Source of the DNA: Candidatus Krumholzibacteriia bacterium
GTDB lineage: Bacteria > Krumholzibacteriota > Krumholzibacteriia > LZORAL124-64-63
Length of the DNA: 64,000 nt
NCBI GenBank assembly: GCA_050174015.1
Contig: JBFXKG010000002.1
Span: 32,001-96,000, forward strand
Reading direction: 5' to 3'
A program made the translations under genes and the position numbers. The notes beneath the pieces are model-generated. The model saw only the letters and a program-made list of their open reading frames with translations, ran no database searches and had not been told where the DNA came from. Shown here piece after piece: positions 10,227-19,902 of this stretch. Position 1 is the first letter of the stretch; each line of letters opens with the position of its first letter.

Positions 10227-11039
10227 ATGCCCCCATGGTTCCTCGAACTCGGCGCCGTCAAGCAGGCCCTGGTCGCCACCCTGTTCACCTGGGGCGTCAC
10301 CGCCCTGGGCGCCGCCGCCATCTTCGTCTTCAAGACCGTCAACCGCAAGCTGCTGGACGCCATGCTGGGTTTCGCGGCGGGGGTCATGATCGCCGCCAGC
10401 TTCTGGTCCCTGCTGGCCCCGGCCATCGAGATGGCCGAAGCGGACGGGGGGGATGGCTGGCGCCCGGCCGTGATCGGCTTCCTGGTCGGGGGGGCGTTCC
10501 TCTACCTGATCGACAAGATCCTGCCTCACCTGCACCTGGGTTTCCCCCGCGAGGAGGCCGAGGGCATCACCACCAGCTGGCACCGCAGCGTCCTGCTGGT
10601 TCTGGCGATCACCCTGCACAACATCCCCGAGGGGCTGGCCGTGGGCGTGGCCTTCGGCGCCGTGGCCGCCGGCGTCGACTCCGCCAGCATGGGGGGGGCC
10701 GTGGCCCTGGCCCTGGGCATCGGCATCCAGAACTTCCCCGAGGGCCTGGCGGTGGCCGCCCCGCTCCGGCGGGAGGGCTGGTCCCGGCGGAAGAGCTTCA
10801 TGTACGGCCAGGCGTCGGGCGTCGTCGAACCGATCGCCGGCGTCCTGGGGGCCAGCGCGGTCCTGCTGATGCGCCCCCTGTTGCCCTACGCCCTCAGCTT
10901 CGCCGCCGGGGCGATGATCTACGTGGTCGTGGAGGAGCTCATCCCCGAATCCCAGCTCCAGAAGAACACCGACCTGGCCACCATCGGGGCCATGCTGGGG
11001 TTCGCCCTGATGATGACGCTGGACGTGGCCCTCGGCTGA
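10227..11039 (+). CDS. ZIP family metal transporter (ZupT/GufA type)
   Basis: '[16 protein letters not shown]', 'ITLHNIPEG', 'IQNFPEG', 'EELIPE'. Confidence 0.92.
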   Translation: MPPWFLELGAVKQALVATLFTWGVTALGAAAIFVFKTVNRKLLDAMLGFAAGVMIAASFWSLLAPAIEMAEADGGDGWRPAVIGFLVGGAFLYLIDKILPHLHLGFPREEAEGITTSWHRSVLLVLAITLHNIPEGLAVGVAFGAVAAGVDSASMGGAVALALGIGIQNFPEGLAVAAPLRREGWSRRKSFMYGQASGVVEPIAGVLGASAVLLMRPLLPYALSFAAGAMIYVVVEELIPESQLQKNTDLATIGAMLGFALMMTLDVALG

Positions 11040-11129
11040 AAACGTCCATTCGCCATCCTTGTGCTCCGGGTGCGGTGCTGGTACAATCGCGCCCGGTGTT
11101 TTTTTCCTGACGGAGAAGGAGTGGCAACC

Positions 11130-12179
11130 ATGTACGGGATTGTGGGTTATGGCGCTTACGTGCCGCGCTTCAGAATCAAAGCCGATGACATCGCGAACCA
11201 GTGGGGAGCGGATGCGGAGGCCTTCAAGCGGGGACTCCTGCTCGAAGAGAAGACCGTGCCCGGCCCCGACGAGGACACCATCACCATCAGCGTGGCCGCC
11301 GCCCGGTCGGCGCTGGTGCGGGCGGGCATCGATCCCCAGCTGATCGGGGCCTGCTACATCGGGTCGGAGAGCCATCCCTACGCAGTCAAGCCTTCGGGAA
11401 CCGTGGTCATCGACGCCCTGGGCATCGGTCCCGAGTGCCACGTCGCCGACTTCGAGTTCGCCTGCAAGGCCGGCAGCGAGGCCATGTACGTGGCCTACAG
11501 CCACGTCAAGAGCGGCGAAATGAAGTACGCCCTGGGCATCGGCGCGGACACCAGCCAGGGCGCCCCCGGCGACGCCCTGGAGTACACGGCGTCCGCCGGC
11601 GGGTCCGCCTTCATCATGGGCGGGGACAACCTGGTGGCCGAGATCCTGCACACCTACTCCTTCACCTCGGACACGCCCGACTTCTGGCGGCGGGAGGGCG
11701 AGTTCTATCCCCGGCACGCCGGACGGTTCACCGGCGAGCCCGCCTACTTCCACCACGTCCTGAACGCGACCCGCGGCATTCTCGACAGGAGCGGCATGAA
11801 GCCGGCCGACTTCCGGTACGCGGTGTTCCACATGCCCAACGGGAAGTTCCCCCTGAAGGCGGGCAAGACCCTGGGCTTCACCCAGGAGCAGATGGAGCAG
11901 GGCTGGGTGGTGAACCTGATGGGCAACACCTACAGCGGTTCGTCGCCCACCGGACTGGCCGCCTGCCTGGACGTGGCCAAGCCCGGCGACCACATCCTGA
12001 TCACCTCGTTCGGCAGCGGCGCGGGCAGCGATTCGTTCATCCTGCGCTGCACCGACCGGTTGCCGAAGGTGCAGGGACTGGCGCCGACGGTGCGGGGGCT
12101 CCTCGCGGACCGCCGCATCCATCTGGACTACGGGAAGTACGTGGCTTACCGCGGCAAGATCCGCATGAACGAGGTCTAG
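11130..12179 (+). CDS. Hydroxymethylglutaryl-CoA synthase, archaeal type
   Basis: '[11 protein letters not shown]', 'DFEFACKAG' (Cys), '[14 protein letters not shown]', 'DTPDFWRR', 'FHMPNGKFP' (His), 'GNTYSG', 'SFGSGAGSD'; 349 aa. Confidence 0.9.
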   Translation: MYGIVGYGAYVPRFRIKADDIANQWGADAEAFKRGLLLEEKTVPGPDEDTITISVAAARSALVRAGIDPQLIGACYIGSESHPYAVKPSGTVVIDALGIGPECHVADFEFACKAGSEAMYVAYSHVKSGEMKYALGIGADTSQGAPGDALEYTASAGGSAFIMGGDNLVAEILHTYSFTSDTPDFWRREGEFYPRHAGRFTGEPAYFHHVLNATRGILDRSGMKPADFRYAVFHMPNGKFPLKAGKTLGFTQEQMEQGWVVNLMGNTYSGSSPTGLAACLDVAKPGDHILITSFGSGAGSDSFILRCTDRLPKVQGLAPTVRGLLADRRIHLDYGKYVAYRGKIRMNEV

Positions 12180-12192
12180 AAAGGAGGACGAC

Positions 12193-13350
12193 ATGAGAGA
12201 CGTTGCTGTCATCGGCATGGGCTTGACGCCCTTCGGGGAACTCTGGGATACCTCCTTGCGGGACCTGTTCGCCATCGCCTGCGCCGACTGTATCGAGGAT
12301 GCGGGAATCAAGCGCGACCAGGTGCAGTCGGCCTACATCGGATGCATGACCAGCGGGCTGTTCGTGGGCCAGGAGCATCTGGCATCGGTCCTGTGCGATT
12401 ACGCGGGGCTCAGGGGCCTGGCCGCCACTCGCGTGGAATCGGCCTGCGCCTCGGGCGGCGCCGCCTTCCGGGCCGCCTACCTGGAGGTCGCCAGCGGAGC
12501 CAGCGACTTCGTCCTGGCCGGCGGCGTGGAGAAGATGAACGACGGCGCCGACGCCACCTACTGCCTGGCCACCGCGGCGGACCAGGAATACGAGGCCTAC
12601 AACGGGGTCACCTTCCCAGGCCTGTACGCCATGATCGCCAAGGCCCACATGGCCAAGCACGGCACCACGCCGCAGCAGCTGGCCGCGGTCGCGGTGAAGA
12701 ACCACCGCAACGGGGCGAAGAACCCCAAGGCCCAGTTCCCCATGGAGATCAGCGAGAAGACCGTGCTGGGCGCCGTCAGGGTCGCCGAGCCCCTGGGCCT
12801 GTTCGACTGCTCGCCCGTGACCGACGGGGCGGCCTGCGTCCTGCTGGCCCCGGTCGAGGTCGCCCGCAAGCTGGGCAAGCCCATCGTGAGGATCATCGGG
12901 TCGGGACACGCCACCGACGCCATCGCCCTGCACGACCGCAAGGATCCCTCGACGATCCCGGTGGTCGGCCTGGCGGCGCAGCGGGCGTTCAAGCAATGCG
13001 GCCTGACCATCCGGGACATCGATTTCGCCGAGGTCCACGACTGCTTCACCATCGCGGAGATCGTCTGCACCGAGGAACTGGGGATCTTCGAGCCCGGACA
13101 GGGCGGACCCGCGGCCGCCGCCGGCAAGACCGCGCGCGACGGCGAGTTCCCCGTCAACACCTCGGGCGGTCTGAAGAGCAAGGGACATCCGGTGGGGGCC
13201 ACGGGCATCGCCCAGATCTGCGAGCTCTACGCCCAGCTCACCGGCAACGCCGGTGGGCGCCAGTTGAAGAACCCCCGGCGCGGCCTGGCCCAGAACATGG
13301 GCGGATCGGGCGGCAGCTGCACCGTGCACATCCTGGAGGTGGAACAATGA
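12193..13350 (+). CDS. Acetyl-CoA acetyltransferase (archaeal/SCP2-type thiolase)
   Basis: 'VESACASG', 'CSPVTDGA', 'EVHDCF', 'GHPVGATG'; lacks the C-terminal CxG of classical thiolases. Confidence 0.9.
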   Translation: MRDVAVIGMGLTPFGELWDTSLRDLFAIACADCIEDAGIKRDQVQSAYIGCMTSGLFVGQEHLASVLCDYAGLRGLAATRVESACASGGAAFRAAYLEVASGASDFVLAGGVEKMNDGADATYCLATAADQEYEAYNGVTFPGLYAMIAKAHMAKHGTTPQQLAAVAVKNHRNGAKNPKAQFPMEISEKTVLGAVRVAEPLGLFDCSPVTDGAACVLLAPVEVARKLGKPIVRIIGSGHATDAIALHDRKDPSTIPVVGLAAQRAFKQCGLTIRDIDFAEVHDCFTIAEIVCTEELGIFEPGQGGPAAAAGKTARDGEFPVNTSGGLKSKGHPVGATGIAQICELYAQLTGNAGGRQLKNPRRGLAQNMGGSGGSCTVHILEVEQ

Positions 13351-13742
13351 TCAGTCCGCGTTATCACCGGGAAAAGCCCCAGCGCTACCGTCTGGAGGCC
13401 GGCAAGTGCACCAAGTGCGGCGAGATCCACTTCCCCCCGCGCAGGGTCTGCCGCAAGTGCTTCGCCCGCGAGTTCGAGACCGTCGAGCTGCCGCGGCGCG
13501 GCAAGGTCGTCACCTTCACCACGGTGTGGATTCCCCCCGCGGAGTTCGACGACCAGAAACCCTACGTCAACGCCATCGTCGAGCTGGAGAACGGGGTGCG
13601 CCTGACCGTCATGATCAGCGAGGCGCCGCCCGACGAGGTCGACATCGGCACCGAGGTGGAGATCGTCTTCCGCCGCCTGCAGCACGGGCCGGCGTGGGAG
13701 GTCATCCGTTACGGTTACAAGGCCCGCGTGATCGCGGGGTAG
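13347..13742 (+). CDS. DUF35 Zn-ribbon/OB-fold protein (thiolase-HMGS scaffold)
   Basis: 'CTKC-x10-CRKC' rubredoxin-like ribbon followed by OB-fold '[33 protein letters not shown]'. ATGA overlap with the thiolase gene. Confidence 0.9.
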   Translation: MISPRYHREKPQRYRLEAGKCTKCGEIHFPPRRVCRKCFAREFETVELPRRGKVVTFTTVWIPPAEFDDQKPYVNAIVELENGVRLTVMISEAPPDEVDIGTEVEIVFRRLQHGPAWEVIRYGYKARVIAG

Positions 13743-13749
13743 GAGACGC

Positions 13750-14454
13750 ATGGGCAAGTTCAAGGGACGCCGCGCCGCCGCCTTCATCTTCGACCTGGAC
13801 GGCACCCTGGTCGACTCGGGGCTCGACATCGCCCGGTCGGCCAACTTCGTGCGGGCACACTTCGGGCTGCCGGAGTTGCCGGTGCAGACCGCCCAGCGCT
13901 ACGTCGGGGACGGAGTGGTGAACCTGGTGAAGCGCATGCTCGGCCACGACGTGCGCAGCGGAATGACGGGGGACGCCGGCCTGCCGGTGTCCCCCGAAAA
14001 GCTGGAGGAGGGCCTGGGGGTCTTCCGGGACCACTACGGACGTCACCTCCTGGACAACACCCGTCTTTACCCCGGGGTGCTGGACGTCCTGATGCACTTC
14101 CGGTCCTTTCCCCTGCTCCTTGCCACCAACAAGCCCCGTCTGTTCACCGACCAGATCCTGCAGGGGCTGAACATCAAGGACGCCTTCCGGAACGTCGTGG
14201 CCGGGGACGAGACTCCGGCGATCAAGCCCGACCCCGGGCATCTCCGGCAATTGACCGCGGGCCTGGGCGTTCCCGCCGCCGAGATCGTCGTGGTGGGGGA
14301 CAGCCCCAACGACATCAACGCGGCGAGGGAGTTCGGGGCGGTTTCGGTGGGCTGCATGTACGGGCTGACGGCGCCGGGGCTGATCAGGGCGGCGGGACCG
14401 GACCTGGTGATCGATGGAATCGGGGAATTGGTGGACCTATTTCCCTCCCGCTGA
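13750..14454 (+). CDS. HAD-family hydrolase (phosphoglycolate phosphatase-like)
   Basis: 'FDLDGTLVDS', 'ATNK', 'KPDP', 'VGDSPND'. Confidence 0.88.
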   Translation: MGKFKGRRAAAFIFDLDGTLVDSGLDIARSANFVRAHFGLPELPVQTAQRYVGDGVVNLVKRMLGHDVRSGMTGDAGLPVSPEKLEEGLGVFRDHYGRHLLDNTRLYPGVLDVLMHFRSFPLLLATNKPRLFTDQILQGLNIKDAFRNVVAGDETPAIKPDPGHLRQLTAGLGVPAAEIVVVGDSPNDINAAREFGAVSVGCMYGLTAPGLIRAAGPDLVIDGIGELVDLFPSR

Positions 14455-14463
14455 AGGCCCTGG

Positions 14464-14587
14464 TTGTGCCGTCGAAATTGTGTCAGGCTGAATTTTGGGG
14501 CAAATATTTTACAAAAAATCAAATATTTTGACTCTTTATACCAAATTATTGGCCCATTTTGATGGAGACTCAATTTCGACGGCACAA
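14464..14587. repeat. 124-bp AT-rich element bounded by 21-bp inverted repeats (MITE-like or paired operators)
   Basis: TTGTGCCGTCGAAATTGTGTC (14464-14484) versus GACTCAATTTCGACGGCACAA (14567-14587): 20/21 match. Internal direct repeat CAAATATTTT at 14501 and 14520. Confidence 0.8.
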
Positions 14588-14702
14588 TAATTTTGATAGC
14601 CAAAATCATATAAAAAAGATATGATTAATCCCGAATCAAGTCAGGATCGGACCGCTGCGGGAGTCGAGATTCACGATTTCCCGCCTTCCGGAGAGTCCAC
14701 CC

Positions 14703-15653
14703 ATGCCATCAACAGCATCAGGCGCCCTCGAAACGAACGCCGCCGGCCGCCGCGCCATGGCCCTCATCACCCACGCGGTGGTGTGGACCCCTGCCGCCGG
14801 CGCCCTCGCGGCCGTCTGGCTGGCCTTCGAGACGGGGGTCACCACCTTCGATTGGGTCATTCTGCTGGTGATGTACGTCCTGACGGTGATCGGGGTCGAA
14901 CTGGGCCTTCATCGCTACGTTTCGCACAGGGCATTCCGGACCACCGGGTTCATCGAGGGGGCCCTGGTCGTCCTCGGTTCCATGGCCGCCCAGGGGCCGG
15001 CCCTCTACTGGGCCAGCACCCACCGGAGGCACCATGCCTTCTCCGACCAGGAAGGCGATCCGCATTCGCCCTGCCTGAACGGCCCGGGTCTGCGGGGACG
15101 CCTGGCGGGTCTGTTCCACGCCCACATGGGTTGGCTCTTCCAGCCCGTCCAGTCGGACTGGCTGCGGTACATCCCCGATCTGGTCAAGGACTCCCGGCTG
15201 TTCCGGCTCAACCAGCTCTACTTCGTCTGGATGGTACTCGGCCTGGCGATTCCGGCGGCGGCCGGTCTGCTGTACGACGGGACCGCGCTCGGTGCGTTCA
15301 AGGGCCTGCTTTGGGGGGGACTGGGCAGGATCTTCCTCGTGCACCACGCGGTCTGGGGGGTCAACTCCCTCTGCCACCGTTTCGGCAGCAGACCGTTTCC
15401 CACCCGGGAACAGAGCCGCAACCTGGCGATCATCGCCCTGCCTTCGCTGGGGGGCGGCTGGCACAACAACCACCATGCCTTTCCCAGGGCGGCGGACAAC
15501 CGGCTGCGCTGGTGGCAGCTGGACGTGTGCGGGCTGATCGTGCGGTTCCTGGACCGGGCGCACTGGGCCTGGGACGTCCATTACCCGGACGCCTCGTCGT
15601 TCAAGGGTCAACGCCGGTCCGACGCCGGCATGTCTCCTTCCGTGGAGGGTTAG
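14703..15653 (+). CDS. Membrane fatty-acid desaturase/acetylenase-like 1 (delta9/JamB-like)
   Basis: His boxes HRYVSH, HRRHH, NSLCH, HNNHH; 'AQGP..W..THRRHHAFSDQEGDPHSP', 'HAHMGW'. Confidence 0.9.
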   Translation: MPSTASGALETNAAGRRAMALITHAVVWTPAAGALAAVWLAFETGVTTFDWVILLVMYVLTVIGVELGLHRYVSHRAFRTTGFIEGALVVLGSMAAQGPALYWASTHRRHHAFSDQEGDPHSPCLNGPGLRGRLAGLFHAHMGWLFQPVQSDWLRYIPDLVKDSRLFRLNQLYFVWMVLGLAIPAAAGLLYDGTALGAFKGLLWGGLGRIFLVHHAVWGVNSLCHRFGSRPFPTREQSRNLAIIALPSLGGGWHNNHHAFPRAADNRLRWWQLDVCGLIVRFLDRAHWAWDVHYPDASSFKGQRRSDAGMSPSVEG

Positions 15654-15656
15654 CTC

Positions 15657-16619
15657 GTGGCCAACGAAACCATGTCCGGCCTGGACCTGTCGCCCTATAC
15701 GGTGGCCGGTCCGACGGAGCGGCGCCGTCTACGGACGGTCGCGGGGCTGATCATCGTCGTGCCCTTCCTCGCCACCATCCTGGCCATCTATCTGGCCTTC
15801 ACCCGGGGGATCGGGGGGATGGAGATCGGTGTCTTCCTGGCGGGTTACTTCCTGACCATCATGGGTCTGACGGTGGGATTCCACCGCCATTTCGCCCACC
15901 GGTCCTTCGACACCAGTCCGGCCATGCGCATGGTGCTGGGGGCGCTGGGTTCCATGGCGGGTCAGGGGCCGATCATCTGGTGGGTGGCCACCCATCGCCG
16001 CCACCACCGGCTCAGCGACCAGGAGGGCGATCCCCATTCGCCCCAGCTCGTCGAGGGGTCGGGCCTGTGGCGGGTGATCAAGGGATTCTGGCAGGGCCAC
16101 ATCGCCTGGATGTTCTCCGACCGGATCAGCAACTGGGGAATGTTCGCCCGGGACATGATGAACGACCGTCAGGTGTTCAGGATCCACCAGCTCTACTTCC
16201 CCTTCTTCTTCCTGGGGTTGCTCCTGCCGACGGTGGCCGGGGGCCTCATCGCGGGTTCGTGGCAGGGAGCCTTCCTCGGATTCCTGTGGGGCGGCCTGGT
16301 CCGGATCTGCGTGGTGGATCACGTGCTGTGGTGCGTCGGTTCGATCTGCCACATGATCGGCCTGCGCCCCTACGTGCACCGCACCCGGGACCACAGCACC
16401 AACAACCTGCTGGTGGCCTTCGTCGGCTGCGGCGAGGGACTGCAGAACAACCACCACGCCTTTCCGCGGGACGCATTCCACGGTTTCCGCTGGTACGAGC
16501 CCGATCTGGGAGCCGTGATGATCCGGATGCTCAAAGCGGTCGGTCTGGTCTGGAACGTGGTGGAAACGCCGGAAGACAAGCGCAAGGCTGCTCTGGGCGA
16601 CGATCGCGCCGTGGCCTGA
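15657..16619 (+). CDS. Membrane fatty-acid desaturase/acetylenase-like 2 with variant His box
   Basis: HRHFAH, HRRHH, GSICH, QNNHH; 'GQGP..W..THRRHHRLSDQEGDPHSP'. GTG start after GGAGGG. Confidence 0.9.
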   Translation: MANETMSGLDLSPYTVAGPTERRRLRTVAGLIIVVPFLATILAIYLAFTRGIGGMEIGVFLAGYFLTIMGLTVGFHRHFAHRSFDTSPAMRMVLGALGSMAGQGPIIWWVATHRRHHRLSDQEGDPHSPQLVEGSGLWRVIKGFWQGHIAWMFSDRISNWGMFARDMMNDRQVFRIHQLYFPFFFLGLLLPTVAGGLIAGSWQGAFLGFLWGGLVRICVVDHVLWCVGSICHMIGLRPYVHRTRDHSTNNLLVAFVGCGEGLQNNHHAFPRDAFHGFRWYEPDLGAVMIRMLKAVGLVWNVVETPEDKRKAALGDDRAVA

Positions 16620-16669
16620 GGCGGCGCATACCCGCCGGCCGTCGGGCCGGCCAAGACGAGGAGAACCTT

Positions 16670-17008
16670 ATGGGTGCAATGGTCACGAAAGTGCTTTCGG
16701 TGGTGGGCCTGGGACGCAGGAAGAAAGGCCTGGTCTTCGATCGTCTGCCGCGGAGCGAGGATGAGGTCCGCAAGGGTCTGGTGACGGCGGTCGCCGGTCT
16801 GGCCCAGGTGGCCCCGGAGGACATCGACACAACCAGGACCTTCGCCCAGCTCGGATTCGATTCCCTGCAGGCGATGAAGTTCACCGGCTTGCTGGAGAAG
16901 TCGCTGGGGGTCGAGCTCGAACCGACCCTGCTGTGGGACCACCCGACCATCGATTCGCTGGTGGATTTCCTGGTCGGCAAGCTGGATCTGGGCAGGTCCA
17001 TCGCATGA
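16670..17008 (+). CDS. Acyl carrier protein (JamC-like)
   Basis: Phosphopantetheine site 'LGFDSL' and 'LEPTLLWDHPTIDSL'. ATG after GAGGAG; it is the C-terminal end of the 14621..17008 track ORF. Confidence 0.9.
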   Translation: MGAMVTKVLSVVGLGRRKKGLVFDRLPRSEDEVRKGLVTAVAGLAQVAPEDIDTTRTFAQLGFDSLQAMKFTGLLEKSLGVELEPTLLWDHPTIDSLVDFLVGKLDLGRSIA

Positions 17009-18768
17009 GTCTGCCCGCACCGCGTCCCGACCTGAGCTCTCCCGAAGGTGACCTGGGGGCCGTCCTGAGGCGGCGCGCGCAGGAGACTCCTCAGAAACAG
17101 GTCTACGGGTTCCTGCGGGACGGGGTGAACGAGGCCGACCGCCTGACCTACGCCCAACTGGACGCCTCCGCCCGGGCCGTCGCCGCCGGGCTCCAGGATC
17201 GGTTCAGGCCCGGCAGCCGGATGCTCATGCTTTACCCTCCCGGCCTGGAATTCGCCGCGGCCTTCTTCGGCTGCCTCTACGCCGGGATGATCGCGGTGCC
17301 CGCCTATCCTCCCCGCAAGAACCAGCTGGACGGCCGGCTCCTCGGCATCGTGAAGGATTGCGGCCCCGCTGCGGTCCTGACCGTGGCGGAGGTGGCCCCG
17401 GGCGTCGAGGCCATGGTGAACCAGCTGGCGCCGGGTGCGATGGCCGTGATCGCCACCGACGCCATCGGCCCCGAGGCGACCGACGCCTGGCGGGAAGTCC
17501 CCCTCCCCCCGGAGGCCATCGCCTTCCTGCAGTACACGTCCGGCAGCACCGCCGCGCCCAAGGGGGTGATGGTCAGCCACGGCAACATCATGCACAACGA
17601 GCGGGCCATCCTCGATTCCATGGAGCACGACTCCAGTCTGGTGGGGGTGTCCTGGCTGCCGGTCTTCCACGACATGGGCCTGCTCGGCAACCTCCTTCAG
17701 CCGGTCTACGTCGGCGGCGCGACCTACCAGATCCCTCCGCTGGCGTTCCTCAAGCGGCCGCTCGCCTGGATCGAGGCCATCTCACGCTACCGGGGCACGA
17801 CCTGCGGCGGTCCCAACTTCGCCTACGATCTCTGCGCCCAGGCGGCTGCGGCGGCGGATGGGGGGCTCGACCTCGATCTCTCCCGCTGGCAGGTGGCTTA
17901 CGTGGGCGCCGAGCCGGTCCGGGCCGGCACCCTGCAACGCTTCGCCAAGGCCTTCGAGCGGTACGGATTCCGCAAGGAGGCCTTCTTCCCCTGCTACGGT
18001 CTGGCCGAGGTGACGCTGATCGCCACCGGCGGGCCGCGTCCCCGGCAGCCGGAGATCGTGAGGGTCGACGGCGGGGCGCTGGCCGAAAACCGGATCCAGA
18101 CCCGGCGCCTGCCCGGTCCGGGTTCCCGCCAGCTGGTGGGCTGCGGGCGGGCGGCCACCGACCTCGAGGTCCTCGTGGTGGAACCGGAAAGCGGATCAGT
18201 GTGCGCCGATTCGCAGATCGGAGAGATCTGGGTCGGCGGGGAGAGCGTGGCCCGCGGTTACTTCAACAATCCCACCGGAAGCGTCGAGACCTTCGGGGCT
18301 CGGACCGACGAGGGACGCGGCCCGTTCATGCGGACCGGAGATCTGGGTTTCCTGCGCGGGGGCGAGCTGTTCATCACCGGCCGTCTGAAGGACCTGATCG
18401 TCATCCGGGGCCGCAACTACTATCCCAACGACGTCGAGCTGAGCGTGGAAGAGGCGCACGAGGGGATCGCCCCCAACGGCACCGCCGCCTTCGCCGTCGA
18501 CGACGGCGAACAGGAGAAGCTGGTCGTGGCGGCCGAGGTGAGCCGGTCCTTCTTCCACCGGCTGAAATCCGAGGCCGACGGCGAGCTGGCGGGGCGGATC
18601 CTCGGGGCGGTGCGGGACCGGGTCGCCCTGGATCACGAACTCCAGCTGCACGACCTGGTGATGGTCAAGCCCGGCGGCATCCCCCGCACGTCCAGCGGCA
18701 AGATCAGGCGGGCGGAAAGCCGCGAACTTTATCTCGCCGGTAGGCTCGAGATCCTGGGTGCGGACTGA
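17005..18768 (+). CDS. Fatty acyl-AMP ligase (FAAL, JamA-like)
   Basis: 'AFLQYTSGSTAAPKGV', 'SWLPVFHDMGL', 'GPNFAY', 'PCYGLAE', 'RTGDLGF', 'GRLKDLIVIRGRNYYP', 'IPRTSSGKI'. ATGA overlap with the ACP gene. Confidence 0.93.
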   Translation: MSLPAPRPDLSSPEGDLGAVLRRRAQETPQKQVYGFLRDGVNEADRLTYAQLDASARAVAAGLQDRFRPGSRMLMLYPPGLEFAAAFFGCLYAGMIAVPAYPPRKNQLDGRLLGIVKDCGPAAVLTVAEVAPGVEAMVNQLAPGAMAVIATDAIGPEATDAWREVPLPPEAIAFLQYTSGSTAAPKGVMVSHGNIMHNERAILDSMEHDSSLVGVSWLPVFHDMGLLGNLLQPVYVGGATYQIPPLAFLKRPLAWIEAISRYRGTTCGGPNFAYDLCAQAAAAADGGLDLDLSRWQVAYVGAEPVRAGTLQRFAKAFERYGFRKEAFFPCYGLAEVTLIATGGPRPRQPEIVRVDGGALAENRIQTRRLPGPGSRQLVGCGRAATDLEVLVVEPESGSVCADSQIGEIWVGGESVARGYFNNPTGSVETFGARTDEGRGPFMRTGDLGFLRGGELFITGRLKDLIVIRGRNYYPNDVELSVEEAHEGIAPNGTAAFAVDDGEQEKLVVAAEVSRSFFHRLKSEADGELAGRILGAVRDRVALDHELQLHDLVMVKPGGIPRTSSGKIRRAESRELYLAGRLEILGAD

Positions 18769-19889
18769 TGCTGGGCGAGGTCCGTCCGGTGCGCGATGAA
18801 GCCGCCACCCCGGGCGTCTATGCGATGCGGCGCTTCCTCCCGGAGGACCGCGAGAAGCTCCTGGACATCCTGGGCGAAATCTGGGGCGAGGCCTTTCGAG
18901 CCGACATGGCCGAAACCTGGTCCTGGAAGTACGACCGGAATCCCCATCACCTGCCGGGCGGCCACAACTCCATGGTCATGACCTGCGACGGCGAACCTGT
19001 GGGATTCCTGGGCCTGCTCTCCACCTGGATGAAGGTGGACGACCGGATCTACCCCATTGCCTGGGGCTCGGAGCTGGCCCTCCGGAAGGAACACCGCCCC
19101 CAGGGGTACCGTTTCTTCGTGGAAATCGCCTCAAGGTCCGAGAAGCTCATCGCAGGGACCGCCAGCTCGTACGATCTCGCCAGGCTGCCCCTCAAGTTCG
19201 GGGCCTTCGAGATCACCAGGCTGGTCAGTTGCAAGCGGATGCTGCGCCCCCGGCGGTTCCTGCGGGCCCAGGGGATGAATCCCGTCCTGGCCTTCCTGGG
19301 CACCGCCCCGGTTTCCCTGGCCTCCGGCCTCGCGCGTCTGGTCCTGCGGGGGCCGGTGGACCGGTCGGCCGTCATCGAGGAGGTCGGCGACTTCGGCCCG
19401 GAGTTCGACGATCTCTGGGAGGAGATCGCACCCACCTTCGCCATGGTGGCCGTCCGGGACCGGGCCTTCCTGAACTGGCGTTTCCGGGACTGTCCCAACC
19501 GCAGATACACGACCCTGGCCGCCCGCCGGTCCGGGCGCCTGGCGGGATACGTGGTCGTGCGGGAGGAGGGTGCGGGTCCGCTCCGCCGCGGGTTCGTCGT
19601 GGATCTGATGGCGCCCCAGGATGACAGGGCCCTCTCCAACCGGTTGCTGGAGGCGGCCGACTCCTGGTTCAGGAGCCGGGGCGTGGCCGAGGCCACCTGC
19701 ACCATCTCCAACCACCGGGGATTCCGGCGGATGTTGCGGAACAACGGCTACCTGTTCACCTCGGCCAGGGCCTGGATCACCGGGCATTGCGGCTGCAGAC
19801 CCGAACACGCGCCGTTGCAGGAGCACTTCGAACATTCGACGCGGTTGCTGATGACCCGGGCCGACACCGACCTGGACTACAACTACTGA
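18768..19889 (+). CDS. Tandem GNAT-fold acyltransferase-like protein
   Basis: 'WSWKYDRNP' N-terminal motif and 'VRDRAFLNWRF..P..Y' in the second half; 373 aa; TGATG coupling to the FAAL gene. Confidence 0.7.
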   Translation: MLGEVRPVRDEAATPGVYAMRRFLPEDREKLLDILGEIWGEAFRADMAETWSWKYDRNPHHLPGGHNSMVMTCDGEPVGFLGLLSTWMKVDDRIYPIAWGSELALRKEHRPQGYRFFVEIASRSEKLIAGTASSYDLARLPLKFGAFEITRLVSCKRMLRPRRFLRAQGMNPVLAFLGTAPVSLASGLARLVLRGPVDRSAVIEEVGDFGPEFDDLWEEIAPTFAMVAVRDRAFLNWRFRDCPNRRYTTLAARRSGRLAGYVVVREEGAGPLRRGFVVDLMAPQDDRALSNRLLEAADSWFRSRGVAEATCTISNHRGFRRMLRNNGYLFTSARAWITGHCGCRPEHAPLQEHFEHSTRLLMTRADTDLDYNY

Positions 19890-19902
19890 AGGGGCGGAGG
19901 GC

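Noticed and set aside
11130..13742. PhlABC (diacetylphloroglucinol acyltransferase) interpretation
   Set aside because: No phlD type III PKS nearby, and the synthase retains HMGS catalytic motifs. An archaeal-type HMGS complex fits better.
14621..17008. 795-aa ORF spanning both desaturases
   Set aside because: Arg/Pro/Gly-rich off-frame read-through. Only its last 112 codons (from ATG 16670, with its own RBS) encode a real ACP.
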